A stretch of 64,000 bases of DNA from Eledone cirrhosa (lineage: Eukaryota): contig OZ024756.1 of NCBI GenBank assembly GCA_964016885.1, forward strand, positions 19,530,001-19,594,000, given 5' to 3'. Under the pieces are notes generated by a model that ran no database searches, had not been told where the DNA came from, and saw nothing but the letters and a program-made list of their open reading frames with translations. This document shows, one piece after another, positions 25,021 to 39,189 of the stretch. A program made the translations under genes and the position numbers. The number at the start of each line of letters is the position of its first letter. The stretch's first letter is position 1.

Positions 25021-27147
25021 TTTTGGCGAAAACATGTAAAACAAACCAAATAAATAAATGAATAAAAAAATGAAGTATTAAAATAAATGGCATGAAGTAT
25101 AAGATCCTGCCACATAGCATACTTATTGGTCTGGCTGGTTCTAAAGTAGTATTGAATGGATTGAAAGACTTGAAATACAAAACGAGTCTCATTAGCATTT
25201 GGAAGACAAAGAAATACGATTTGGAACTGGTGTGGTATGAATGAACCTGCAAATTCAGTGTTAAGTTGTACAACAGTCGTGGAAATATGGAACTGCTGAA
25301 ATATGGTGGTCAGGGACATCATTGAGGGACTTAATTTACATACATATACGTACAAGACAAAAAATATTTTCAAATAAAGCACATCTGTTGAGAAAATTAA
25401 GACATCGAAAGAGAAAAATACTTCCACATAAATAACAATTAAGAATGATAAACGAGGGGAAAAAATAAGACAGGATTCTAGTCGAGTTACTTTAGGGAAG
25501 TATTTTTAAAATATATAAGAAATTAGGGGGGTATATACACAGGATCATTTGATAGGAACACATCTACGAAAATTAAACCCCTCCACAACCTAAAAGGGTT
25601 CACATCATTTTTGGAACACATCGACAAAAAGGAAATATACCCTTCACGCATAACAAGGGCTCATTATATTCGGAACCCATCGACAAAAATTAAATCCCTT
25701 CACAAAATACAAAGTGTTCATTATTTTTGGAACACATCGTCATATTGGAAATCCACTTCACAAACTAAAAGAGTTCATATGATTTTCGAAACATTAACAG
25801 AATAGAAATCCCTTTCACAAGCTACAGGGTTTCATCATTTCCTGAACAAAATCCTCAAAATGGAAATCCCCTTCACAAGCTACAAGGTTTCATAAGCAGA
25901 CGAAAGAGATCTCACCTACTGACTCATCCACTAGTCAATTAATAGTATATATTTCGCGTAATAAGACTTCGTACGTGTATAAGTAAATGTGAAGTACCTT
26001 GTTCAGAAACCTACCGAAAGCGTTTCGTTTTCAGTTAGCCGACATTCGTTACCTACCTATCACAGTGTTTTGAGAATTTGGCAAAAATTATTTTTCTTCC
26101 TTTTGTTTATCACGAGTGAGGAAGCGGAATTGAAGAAAACGTAACTCATACTAACTAGGAGTCCAAATAATAGTTGGGTGGGTTAATATTAATACACGAT
26201 CCCAGAGAAAGAGAGAGAGGTCATAGCAATGTTAGTAGTCATCATATATATGTAGATAGATACACAAGCGATCCGAAACAATATACACACACAAAAACAT
26301 TTTAACCCCCAACAATAAAAACAAAAGGTTCGTTTCTAAACCTCGGGACCTTCCAACCTTCATAAAACAAATTGAACTGGGTTAAGTCAACAAGTACCTA
26401 TTTTTCGTTTTTGATTTTAACCAGCTATAGTTCACACTCATTTTAATATCTCTCTCACACACACAAACAAAAAAAGGTCATTTGGTGATTTCTTTTAAGA
26501 AAAACAAAACAAAAAGGAAATGGTAAATTTATATTATTACACCAGTCTCGGAGACAGATGTAATGGAGTTTCTCGGGTGGAGGAAACATACAAAACGAGT
26601 AATTTACGACAGCTTTAAAAGTCATTATTCGTTCAAAACACACACCAAACATAATAAAAATCATACATTTCACCTTCAAAATTCTAACGAAACCTATCAA
26701 CTAATTATCCTTACAATTATTATATTGTTCTTTATCATTCCACCCGTATTGGAGATTGGTGGAATGATTTAAAAAAAAAAAAATTTACCAACACACCCAA
26801 TAAACAAAGACAAAGCAGAGAGTGGAATGACAGAGACTAGTGAGGCGTGGACTGAATGGTAGCAGATATAAACGAGCAACTGTCATAAAACCCGCTTCGG
26901 AGAAGAGGGTGTGATAAGATTTAATTCAGTTGACCTGGTTGAGGCCAAACAGGTCAAATGAACTTTTGGCTTTGAAGCGTTTCGGAAAGGAGGAAAAAAA
27001 AACAACAAATTGCTTTTTCTGAGACTAATTGAGGTTAATGTAGTTAGTAAATATGTTTCCCTGACACATTAAATTAAAACGAGTCCCTACCACATAAAAT
27101 CAAAAGGAGTTTAGTGCATCAGCACACATACATATATTTATTGCCTG

Positions 27148-27335
27148 GCTGTGTGGTTGTAATCACTAAAGAAAGAACCCTCAATATGTAATCATAAAGG
27201 TAAATATACTATATTGTATAAAACACATGACAAATTTTAGTGAGCCAGTTTGCCATGTTTTATACAATATATTATATTTACCTCTATGATCACACATTGA
27301 AAGCTCTCTTTCTTTAGTGATTACAACCACACAGC
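27148..27335. repeat. Imperfect palindrome, arms about 90 bp
   Basis: gctgtgtggttgtaatcactaaagaaaga... pairs with ...tctttctttagtgattacaaccacacagc. It is followed directly by (TA)n. Confidence 0.85.
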
Positions 27336-27375
27336 TTGTATATATATATATATATATATTTCTTTATTTAGATTT

Positions 27376-27414
<39 letters not shown>

Positions 27415-28290
27415 AACAGGTAAATCCGAGAACGAGAAATAGTTAAATATAATTATATCGAAATATTCCGGCAAGAATATATTTTATATAAGAGGAAATG
27501 GAGAAAGAGCAAGGAAGGGTAAAAACGTTTATACATTTACTAAAAAAAACCATTAACGGCGCAGTTAATGTTAAAATGCTTACAAACGAAAAAAAAAAAA
27601 ATTCGAGAATGGAAGAAATTATCCACGATTTAATGTAAAAAAACAAAAAATAATAAAAAGCAACAACAACAAAACAAAAAAAGCCTTACCTTCGCAATAA
27701 AGACGGAATATAAAAATCAACCCCCCAAAATATGTATGAAAATTCTAAGCTATTATATCAGACATATTTGCCATGTTTAAATATTGTAAACCTATTGTTT
27801 ATTTCTTCAGCTCCCTCCCCATATATCAAGCGAGTTATCTCCCCTTCCATGCTGCAGTACAATCACATCTTATTAGTAAACAACTGGATTATTTTTCTTG
27901 TTATTTTCACTGCTGTACAAATTATTGCCTTATGTTTCTCACTATTTTTATACTATCATCATTCTTAGTTTTAACATAAATACTAAACATTACGATTGGA
28001 TAATTAAAAACATAATAATAAATAATAATAGCTGAGAACGGAGAGTAAGAAATTAAATCTAGCTTTATTTATGTCTCTGGTGTGTGTGAGCGTCAATATA
28101 AATTATATATTTATATATAATCTGTTCTAAGCCGATGATTCATCACTTAATCGCTACTCAGAGTTGCTCATTACGTATGAACCATCGGCAGATATTTTGA
28201 ACAGCGAACGAATAAAGAACTCCTACTACAAGTTATTGAGCACTTTTTCTCCCGTTTGAATATCCAAACATTATATATATATATAAATGA

Positions 28291-28337
28291 ATTCTACAGA
28301 TTTAGAACTGTTTCATTTGTATGAAATCATCAGGAAT
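28291..28337 (-). ncRNA. Hammerhead ribozyme-like motif (weak stem II)
   Basis: Minus strand reads attc CTGATGA tttcatacaaat GAAA cag-ttctaaat-ctg TA gaat. Related half-copies lie at about 29145-29180 and 59250-59290. Confidence 0.5.
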
Positions 28338-28953
28338 AAAAGATAGCAAATATCTGACTAAAAGTAAAATCATTAAAAAAAAAGTAATGTCTCCTATTTA
28401 AAATTTTTACTTACCCTTTCCCAATATATATATATATGAATGAAAAGTATAGAAATTATTGTAGCAAGAAGCCAACAGTATTCTATAATATATAAGTGAC
28501 TATAGTGTCAAAATGGAAAAATAGTTAACGTAAGATATATATATGGCTGATTATTGGGGAAAGGTGATTTTAAGGAAAGACAAATCTAAAAAAACACACA
28601 AAAGAAATAAAAATGAAAAGGAAATGCTTATACTTATGAATATTTTCCAGTTAGCTAATCAATTTATATTGGGAATCAGTGAATGGTGCTTTAGTGAGCC
28701 AGAGGCGATGTGAACAATTCGCAGTTTCACATGTAACAAACCACAATTTATGATCTTGCTGAGAACATTTCTGACATCGCTCAAAATTGCTCTCGTCTAC
28801 TCCCTTCTTTCATCACAATTCGATAACAACAACAACAAAAAACATGACTAGCTTTTCTACATTGACAACAATATAATATAATGAATGGGATTTGATTAGA
28901 TTACGAGCCAAGGTCGAGTTCAATAAATATTTTTAATTCAATTCGAATCATAC

Positions 28954-28993
<40 letters not shown>

Positions 28994-29730
28994 TTATATA
29001 TATATATGGCTTTTTGCTACAATGTTTTCTATACCTTTCATTTATATATCATATTATATATATATATATATATATATAAGGAGCCCGATGTAAAGCGAGA
29101 GGTGACCAGTCAAAAAAGGTACTCAATACATTAATAGATAGAAATGACTTCTACAGGACTAGAACTGTTTCATTCGTAAGAATGATATATGTATATAATA
29201 TATGTATATAATTTTTAAAAATATAAATTAATTTTATTTGTAGGTATTCTATTAAAAATATGATTATTTCAAAATATTTTATTCATAGTTGTATAAATAA
29301 CGTTACGAATTGATTATATATAATTCTTACAGAATGAAAATATAAACACAAATAGTATATACACAATTACTTATTGCTAGAAACCTTATAGATATACAAT
29401 CAATTATTGCTACGGACCTTACAAATATAATACATAGATAATATATATATAATATATCAATTAATTACTGTAGCAACTATATAAATATGATACACAAATA
29501 ATATATACAATTAATTAAAGCTAGGGACCTTATAAATATAATACAAAAATAATATATATATATATATATTAGAAAAGCGAAGTAAGGTTCTATACAAAAC
29601 AGTGGATATAGAGAAAAGATGAAGTTGAAATAGCACGGGAGATATATTTAAGGGTCTGTTTTTCTTTTTGATTCGTCAAAGTGACATTATTGAAAAGATA
29701 GTGTTATTAAAAAAAGAGGGGGACAATTCA

Positions 29731-29763
<33 letters not shown>

Positions 29764-30035
29764 CACACACACACAATTAGTTATTGCTAGGAACCTTATA
29801 AATATAATTGTTTCTACTTTTGGCACAAGGCCAGCAATTACCAGTGCATTGCTGGTACTTTATTTATCGACCCCGTAAGGATGAAAGGCAAAGTTAACCT
29901 CGACGGTCATTAAACATAATATACAGAATATATATATATACACACACACACACACAATTATTGCTAGGAACCTTATAAATATAATACACAAAAAATATAC
30001 AGAATTAATTATAGCTAGGATCCTTATAGATATAA

Positions 30036-30088
<53 letters not shown>

Positions 30089-30599
30089 ACTGACTATTGC
30101 TAGAAACCTTATAAATATACTACACGATAATATATAATCAAAGCGAGAGAAAACTAAGAATTAACGTATTGATCAATTGGTAATTTAAAAATTGTACTAA
30201 AACCAAGTAAACAAAAAACTATAAAATATATTAGTCATAGCTTTGAGAAATCTGTTTCGAATGTTAATCAATTTATGTAATAACTGGGGAAAGAGGCAAA
30301 AAGGAGTCACTATCTGTGTATCATAATTATATAAGAGATTGCCATTCTGAGTTCAAATCCCGTCGAGGTTAACTTTGCCTTTCATCCTTACGGGGTCGAT
30401 CAAATAAAGCACCAGTAATACACTGAGATAATTGCTGGCCTTGTGCCCAAAGTAGAAACAATAATTATATAAGAGAGACAGAAAGTGAGGGAGAAAGAGA
30501 TGGATATGTGGTAATGAAGATATGTTATTTAACCAGTTTCTAAATCAGGAACCATTTTTAATAAAGAAACGACCGTATATAAATATTTATGGCGAGATT

Positions 30600-31531
30600 T
30601 ATGGTTTACATGTGAAATATAAAGCATAAATTTCGCCAGAAATAAACACACGCACCTATCTATCTATCCATCTATATATATCGATATATACCTATATAGA
30701 TATTAAAATACGGTGATTTGTGTGTGCATATAAACATACAAATAAACAGTTAATTGCTTCCATAATGAACAATAAGGTACGTAAAAAAATCCAGAGAAAG
30801 AAATATATATGAGACAAAAGAAATCAATTGTTTAAAGACGTGCTAGATATGTGTATATATCTAGCTGTATATATATATCTATACATACATACTTGGAGCA
30901 TTTGTTAAGCGAAATATCCACGGAAGAGATATATATATATAACAAGCACCATCAGTGGACGAAGAAAGAAAGAAAGGTATAACAGTACACGTGTGCACAC
31001 AAGTGTAGAGTAGTGCAGTCCAGGACACAACGGAGACGAAACACAAATGTGTCCCTTAAAACATTGAACAAATAAGAAATAGAGAAATAAATTAAAAGGA
31101 GGCCAGACTGTCTGATTATATAATAACAATAATGTAATAATGATTTCTTTATAATAATATAACGATTTCTACTTGGAGATATAAACACGAATGACGTGTT
31201 GTATTTTTCTTCTTTTTCTTGTTTTGTTGTGTCAGACGAATAGACTAATGTAAATTTAAACAATAGCCTGGTGTATATATGTATATATATATTTATATAT
31301 ATATATAGAGATATAGAAATATATGAAAGAGAGGTGGTGACTAATAAAATCAAATATCCTTAGAAGTATAAATCAGATTTATTTAGAGGTATACACACAC
31401 ATATATATATGTGGTTGTATAAGTATAAAGAGTACTGCTATAATTAAAAACGATTACAATCCCAATCAGATTAAGTGATGAATATATATATATAGAGGGA
31501 GAGGGAGAATTTACACACGCATGTGTATATA

Positions 31532-31575
<44 letters not shown>

Positions 31576-32420
31576 GATAAACTGAGGAAAATTAACAGAG
31601 GGGACAAGACAACAGACGAAAACAAGGCAAAACGAAAAACAATTTTTTAAGAGGAACCTTAAAGTGAGAGAGAGACCTAGTGTGATTATATATACTTTAT
31701 TATAGTTAAGATTTATATACATCTGTGTGTGTGAATATATAATAGAAGCCAAACCTTAGTCCAGCGAAAGCAAGAACAGCTGTTTCAATGAAACTGATTT
31801 CTCGATTATGTTTTCCTAATAATTCCATTCCATGTACATGTATATATTTCCACTTTACTCGACGATGCTTTTCGTATTTATAACAATCAAAACGACAAGT
31901 CACAGTATATATATAAATATATATATATATGTGTGTGTAATTACAGGAAGTGTGAGAGAAAGAGAGAGGCTGACAAATAGGAGAGAGAGAAGAGAAAGAG
32001 AGAAAGGGGGGAAACGGAGTGAGATAAGGGAGAAAGAAAAAAGGGGAAAACAAGAGTTATATAATGCTGGATTTTTGTTGTTGTTATCTTTGTTTTTGTG
32101 TCGTTTCGTTTCGCTTTTGGTTGTTGTTTTTATATCTTTCTTATCTAACAGATCAGAAGAAATGAGCTTTCTTCTTCAGTCTTCTAATTTCTCTAATAAT
32201 AAAATATCCTCAAAAAGCGGCGATCAACTTACTATATATAATATATTGTTGATAACAACTGCAGTTGCTGCTACTGTCGTTGTTGTCGTCGTTGTCGCTG
32301 TGGTGGTGGCGATGGTTGCTTTCAACGAAAAAAGGTGGCGTGATTACCGTCGACAAGAAACAGGTAGCAACATGAAAAGAACCTGCTGCTGATTATCAGT
32401 TAGTACTTTTCTTCACAGGC
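30600..32420 (-). promoter_or_regulatory. Candidate promoter / first-exon region (CpG-retaining unique sequence)
   Basis: CpG is visibly more frequent here and at 25.9-27.7 kb than in CpG-depleted neighbouring DNA. Minus-strand donor-like sites occur at 30892 (CAA|GTATGT), 27689 (AAG|GTAAGG) and about 25915 (TAG|GTGAGA). Inference only. Confidence 0.3.
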
Positions 32421-32719
32421 TTAACCTGTTATCGCTAGCCACAGTCATCATTAATTACAAAGATTTATCATCATCATCACGATGTTGTTTTAATTACAGT
32501 AGCTAATGTTATAACAATTAAATTTATCATTATTATCAACATCATCATTATTATTGTTGCGCCATATGATCCCGCCGACGTTATCTTTGCCTTTCATCCT
32601 TACGATACCCAGTGCATTACTGGTACTTTATTTTAATAAAGTACCAGTAATGCACTGGGATCGATTTAATTGACTTTTCCCCCTCCCTCAAAATTGCTGG
32701 CCTTGTGCCAAACTCAGAA

Positions 32720-33310
32720 ATCATCATCACCATCACCACCACCATCATCCCTATCACCATCACCACCACCACCATCCCTATCACCATCACCACCACCACC
32801 ATCCCTATCACCATCACCACCACCACCACCATCATCCCTATCACCACCACCACCATCCCTATCACCATCACCACCACCACCATCCCTATCACCATCACCA
32901 CCACCACCATCCCTATCACCATCACCACCACCACCACCATCATCCCTATCACCATCACCACCATCCCTATCATCATCACCACCACCACCATCCCTATCAC
33001 CATCACCACCACCACCATCCCTATCACCATCACCACCACCACCATCATCCCTATCACCACCACCACCACCATCCCTATCGCCATCACCACCACCACCACC
33101 ACCACCATCCCTATCACCATCACCACCACCATCATCCCTATCACCATCACCACCACCACCATCCCTATCGCCATCACCACCATCACCACCACCATCCCTA
33201 TCACCATCACCACCACCACCATCCCTATCACCATCACCACCACCACCATCCCTATCGCCATCACCACCATCATCACTTTCATCATCACTATCATCATCAT
33301 CATCATCATC
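32720..33310. repeat. (CAC/CAT)n tract punctuated by ccctat (about 24-bp higher-order unit)
   Basis: Begins directly at a SINE-A tail (ctcagaaatcatcatcac). Confidence 0.95.
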
Positions 33311-33784
33311 GTATCATATGATCCCGCCGACGTTAAATTTGCCTTTCATACCAACGGGGTCGATAAAATAAAGTACCAGTAATGCACTGGGTTCGATTTA
33401 ATCTACCCCCCCCCCCCCCCCCCAAAAAAAAAAATTGTTGGTCACGTGCCTAAATCAGAAACCATTATTATTTTTGTACCATATGATCACACCGAGGGTA
33501 GCTTTGCAAAGTACCAGTAATGCACTGGATCAATTTAATTGTCCTCCCTAAAAAAATTGTTGGCCTTGTGTCCAAATCAGAAACCATTATTGGCAGTATC
33601 GGTAGAGGGTCGGACGCCATACTTAGCAGCAAAGAGTTACGGCCCTTTATGGTCTGAGTTCAACCTGCTCAGGTTTCCCAACAGTGAGGGACAGGTATGC
33701 CGAGCTATTGTGTGAGGTATAGATTTGTAGAGCCACTCTGCAAAGGACAGATGTACTGAACTGTTATGTAAGGGACAGATGTTT

Positions 33785-34520
33785 TGAGTTGTTATGTGAA
33801 GGACAGATTTACTGAGATGTTGTGTGAGGGATGAATGTGCTGAGTTGTTATGTGAAGGACAGATTTACTGAGATGTTGTGTGAGGGATGAATGTGCTGAG
33901 TTGTTATGTGAAGGACAGATTTACTGAGATGTTGTGTGAGGGATGAATGTGCTGAGTTGTTATGTGAAGGACAGATTTACTGAGATGTTGTGTGAGGGAT
34001 GAATGTGCTGAGTTGTTATGTGAAGGACAGATTTACTGAGATGTTGTGTGAGGGATGAATGTGCTGAGTTGTTATGTGAAGGACAGATTTACTGAGATGT
34101 TGTGTGAGGGATGAATGTGCTGAGTTGTTATGTGAAGGACAGATTTACTGAGATGTTGTGTGAGGGATGAATGTGCTGAGTTGTTATGTGAAGGACAGAT
34201 TTACTGAGATGTTGTGTGAGGGATGAATGTGCTGAGTTGTTATGTGAAGGACAGATTTACTGAGATGTTGTGTGAGGGATGAATGTGCTGAGTTGTTATG
34301 TGAAGGACAGATTTACTGAGATGTTGTGTGAGGGATGAATGTGCTGAGTTGTTATGTGAAGGACAGATTTACTGAGATGTTGTGTGAGGGATGAATGTGC
34401 TGAGTTGTTATGCGAAGGACAGATGTATTGAGTGAAGGATAGATGTACTGAGCTGGTGTGTGAGGAACAGATGTACTGAGCTGGTGTGTGAGGAACAGAT
34501 GTGCAGAGCTGTTGTGTGAC
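33785..34520. repeat. Minisatellite, 56-bp unit (2x28-bp dimer), about 11 copies plus diverged monomers
   Basis: Unit tgagttgttatgtgaaggacagatttac-tgagatgttgtgtgagggatgaatgtgc. Confidence 0.95.
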
Positions 34521-35085
34521 GATGATGATGGTGATGATGATGATAGTAATGATGATGATAGTAATGATGATGGGGTGATGATGATAGTGATGATGATGAT
34601 AATGATGACGATGATGATGATGATGACGATGATGACGATAATGATGATGATGACGACGATGACGATGATGATGATGATGACGATGATGATGATAAACTGG
34701 CACCAAGTAACAATCCAGTTCTGCAAGTGTTAGGATCAAACCCAACCAAGTGTTGACACCAAACTAAAAGCAACACAAACACTTCCAGATGAAAATAGTT
34801 CACATACTTACTATTTTTACTGAGTCAAGGATGTTTGCTGGAATTTGATGATGATGATGATGATGATGATGGTGGTGGTAGTGGTGATGGTGATGGTGAG
34901 GATAGGGAAGATGGTGGTGGTGGTGACGATGATAATGGTGATGATGATGTTGATGATAAGATAATGATAGCGATGATATTGATGTTGATGGTTGAAATGA
35001 TGGTGATGATGATGATGATGACAATGACAATGGTGGTGATGATGATGATAGTAATGATGGTGATTATGTTGATGAGGATGATGAA
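34520..35085. repeat. Degenerate (GAT/GGT)n tracts
   Basis: Trinucleotide runs at about 34520-34695 and 34845-35085. Confidence 0.9.
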
Positions 35086-35367
35086 GACTATTTACTAAGA
35101 AAATAAAAAAAATAAAAAAATATTAATAATAACAATAGAACTTACATTTGGTTTACACAGCTTGTTTTCTGCTAAGTTTTACTTTCTTAACAACAACAAT
35201 AACATGGCAGCAGATAAAAAAGAAATCTGCAGGAGTTCTCAGCAGTCTATTGCCAACACCAAAGCAAGATTAATACCAACATGCATGTTATTTTGTCAGT
35301 CCAATAGTCAATATATTATATAACCTGAGTGGAAGCTATTTGTTAGTCCGACAGCCCATACATTTAA

Positions 35368-35845
35368 ACCTTTAGCATTTACATTAATCAATATATACTA
35401 TGGATTGGCAGTATCGGTACAGGGTTGGACGCCATGCTTTCCAGCATAGTTACGTCCCTTTATGATCTGAGTTCAAATCCCGCCGAGGTTGACTTTGCCT
35501 TTCATCCTTACGAGGTCGATAAAATAAAGTACCAGTAATGTACTGGTTAATTGCTGGCCTTGTGCCTAAAGTAGAAACAATTATATTTTCACAGTAAAGC
35601 TGAATCTCTCGTAATTATCTCACATAATATCGAATCTATGAGATTTTGATATTATTTATTTTGAGAACAATACCTTAACGTCAGTATGAGTGGCCAGTTA
35701 CAGCTGGTTTGAATGGAAAGAGGTGAGAGAATTTTGGCTGGATATGGCCAGTTTAACCCTTTAGCATTTACATTACTCTATATATATTATATTTTCACCA
35801 TAAACACTTTATCTCATATAATATCATATCTATGAGATTTTGAGC
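35368..35845. mobile_element. Nested cluster: MITE-1 interrupted by SINE-A (about 35401-35582), followed by a second truncated MITE-1 at a TTAA
   Basis: The MITE end cctttagcatttacatt...atatatacta resumes as ttatattttcacagtaaag after the SINE. A new ttaa-ccctttagcattta starts at about 35753. Confidence 0.75.
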
Positions 35846-36185
35846 AAAGGCACTGCACAAAGCCAGTCCCACTCTCTTAACCAAGATGATATTTACCAAA
35901 AAGAAGAACATTGGATACCATCAGGGTTGCAGGTGTTATATCAGAGTTTTCCTTCTCCTAGAATTCTGCCTTGACAAAGGCTAAGGGGTCATCATCTCTC
36001 CTGGTGATTTTGGATGGCCATTGACTCTTAAGAGCTCCTTTGCCCTTTGACAGGTTTTGTTTTGAGTCCTGCAGGATGTCCAAAGTCACCCTCCTCACCA
36101 AGAAACCTTGGTAGGGTTGCCAGTTTAGTCGCCAACAACCCAACCATGAGACAGGTTGTACTGGGATACATGTTACCAGTAGCAT
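35845..36185 (-). mobile_element. Dispersed repeat (probable LINE 5'UTR or SINE), single copy
   Basis: Similar to the 107-bp satellite unit plus 13340-13430, and to 16200-16270 (cctagcctttgtca...ctccgacataaaacctgc). Confidence 0.6.
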
Positions 36186-36192
36186 ATATATG

Positions 36193-36244
<52 letters not shown>

Positions 36245-36955
36245 CAGTCCAATAGCCACGTACACACACACACATACATATATATACTTTGAGTGAGAGC
36301 TATTTGTCAGTCCAATAGCCCTTGTATATATAAAATAAAATATTAAAGCTATTTATACAGTAACAGCAGCCAGCTTGTGTATTTAGTAAGCACCCCCTCC
36401 AAGAAACAAAACAAAAACAAACAAAAATCACAAAAACCCCCTCTAAATAAAGACATGAAATAAGTGTTATGAATACATTAGAAATTTAAGTGATACAGTG
36501 CTACAGTGATAGACACATTTCTCTCATCAGTTCTGGTTGAAGGTACTATCAACAGGAAACTCTATGTTATTCCTGAATTAGTCTTTATGGCAAATAAGCA
36601 GGAAATATTAATAACTTTTCTATGTGCTGCTGCTATATATGCTTATTATTTATTATTATATACTGCTATTATGGCGGTGGATTGGCAGTATCGGTAGAGC
36701 GTCGGACACCATGCTTTGCGGCACAGAGTTACGGCCCTTTACTGGCTGAGTTCAAATCCCGCCGAGGTTAACTTTGCCTTTCATCCTTACGAGGTCGATA
36801 AAATAAAGCACCAGTAATACACTGGAATAATTGCTGGCCTTGTGCCAAAAGTAGAAACAATTATTATATACAAGCAAAAGAGCCTGTCGTTGCTGGGCAC
36901 ACCTTTTGCCACTGTAAATAAAGAGCCCTTCTCTCCTCAACATGGCTGTCTTTAA

Positions 36956-37151
36956 CCCTTTAGCATTCACATTACTCTATATATACTATTATATCTTTAT
37001 GGTAAATGCTTTATCTCACATAATATCGATCTATGAGGTTTTGAAAGTATTTATTTTGAGAACAATACCTTAATATCAGTTTGAGTGACCAGTTACAGCC
37101 AGTTTCAACAGAAAAAGATAGAGAATTCTGGCCGGTTTGAACATTAAAAGG
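36956..37151. mobile_element. piggyBac-like MITE family 1 copy
   Basis: TTAA at 36952-36955 and 37152-37155, with a left end ccctttagcatt. Confidence 0.8.
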
Positions 37152-37528
37152 TTAAATAGCCCCAGAACTCTGCTATTTTAGAGAAGAGCAAGATTTAAAC
37201 TATATGTGGACATGCTCTGGCAGCTAAATAACCTATGTATCAAATTTGAACACAAAAATCGGATAGAAACTGTAGAAATGCATCACCTGCATACAGACAG
37301 ACAGACATTTTCATTTTTATGTATATACTAGACCACGTATATATACTGGACCACGTATATATACTGGAGCACGTATATATACTAGACCACCTGTGACTCG
37401 TTGGGTGACGTCCACTTCAAAATATTTTTAAAAAATCATGTTCACTTAAAATTAATTTTTAAATAATTAAAATATACATAGACATGTATATAATGTGAAA
37501 TGAAACTGGAAGGGCCATATATATACAC

Positions 37529-37586
<58 letters not shown>

Positions 37587-38827
37587 GTGGGTGGCTGTGA
37601 TCTATATACACTAGTCATAGACACACATACACACACACATATATATACAACCACACTCACATATATATATACACATCAACACCACCAGCTCTTCTCTTCC
37701 ATTCTCCTTCTCTGTCTCCTCTCCCTCTCTCTATGTCTCTCTTTCAATCTACTCTCTCACAACCACTATCTCTTCCTCTCTATCCTTCTCTCTGTCTCTG
37801 TTTATGAAGGTACCCGGAAAAACCCCATATCTCGGGAACCCGTTGTCCGATTTACACGAAACTTGTTTTATCCCATTTGTATTCCCATTTCAGGGACAAC
37901 TTCCTTTCAAAGTATTTTCCCATTATACGCCCTTTTGGCTGTATTACATTACAGACAAGCAGGCAAGCAATCGCAGACTTTTAGTAATATATAGATAGAT
38001 AGATTTCAGGCGGTGGATTGACAGTAGAATTGGTAGAGCGTCAGACGACATGCTTTGTGACATAGAGTTATATACCTTTACGTTCTAAGTTCAAATCCCT
38101 ACTGAGGTTAGCTTTCCTTTTCATCCTTACAGGGTTGAGAGAATAAAGAACCAGTGGGACACTGGTGTCGATTCAAGCGAGTTTCCTTCCCCCCACCCAA
38201 ATTGTTGGCCTTGTGCCTAAATCAGAAACCATTATTCCTATCATGAGGGTGGTGGATTGGCAGTAATCAATGAGTTCAAATCCCGCCGAGGTTAACTTTG
38301 CCTTTCATCCTTACGGGATCAATAAATTAAAGTACCAGTGATGCACTGGTTAATTGCTGGCCTTGTGCCAAAAGTAGAAACAATTAACCAATAGAGTGTT
38401 GGATAACATGCTTTGCTGTATATAGTTACATCCCTTTATGTTCTGAGTTTAACTTTGCCCTTCATCCTCACTATTCCACTGATGGTCAGTCAAAATAAAG
38501 AATAGCTCATAGGAACAAGACATTCTCATTTTTCTTTGTGCCTTATTTGAAAAAAAAAAAAAAAAAATAGGTTTTAACCTTGAAATATTATGCCAAGAGT
38601 TGTGACCAGTAGATAGTATCAACAATTTGGAAAGACCAATGGAAACATTGTTTTCTTGGTCTGATCTATCGAGTTCCACCTCACCTGGTAAGTGAATGAG
38701 GACTGGGATCTTGTTGATTTGGATAAAAAAATTTTAAATATGAAATATATACAGCAACGAACTCCCCCTTACATCAATGGCTAGCCAGCCAACACAGGCT
38801 GATGCTGATGATGATGATGCCAATTAT

Positions 38828-39047
38828 CCTTTTAGCTTTTTAACCGGCCGTATCCGGCCAGAATTTTTTCACCTCTTTCTGTTCAAACCGACCATGACCA
38901 GCCACTTATGCTGATGTTAAGGTATTGTTCTCAAAATAAATAATATCAAAATCTCATAGATTCGATATTATGTGAGATATTATGTGTGATAAAGCCTTTA
39001 CTGTCAAAATATATTAGTAAATATAGAGTAATGTAAATGCTAAAGGG
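38828..39047. mobile_element. piggyBac-like MITE family 1 copy
   Basis: Right TIR taaatgctaaaggg followed by TTAA (39048-39051); left end degenerate. Confidence 0.8.
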
Positions 39048-39189
39048 TTAAGGGCTTATATTTTCTGTATCAGTTTTCAAATATAGAACATGGTAGGATA
39101 TAGAATCTGCTGACACTGCAATTAGATTTTATACTTCTTTGTGTAGTGTTGTATGTAGTCCAAGCCTTGCTAGCAGGGAAAGTTGGCAT

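Noticed and set aside
31832-32392. 186-aa plus-strand ORF
   Set aside because: A patchwork of (TA)n, (GA)n and (GTT)n low-complexity sequence; more plausibly UTR or promoter DNA.
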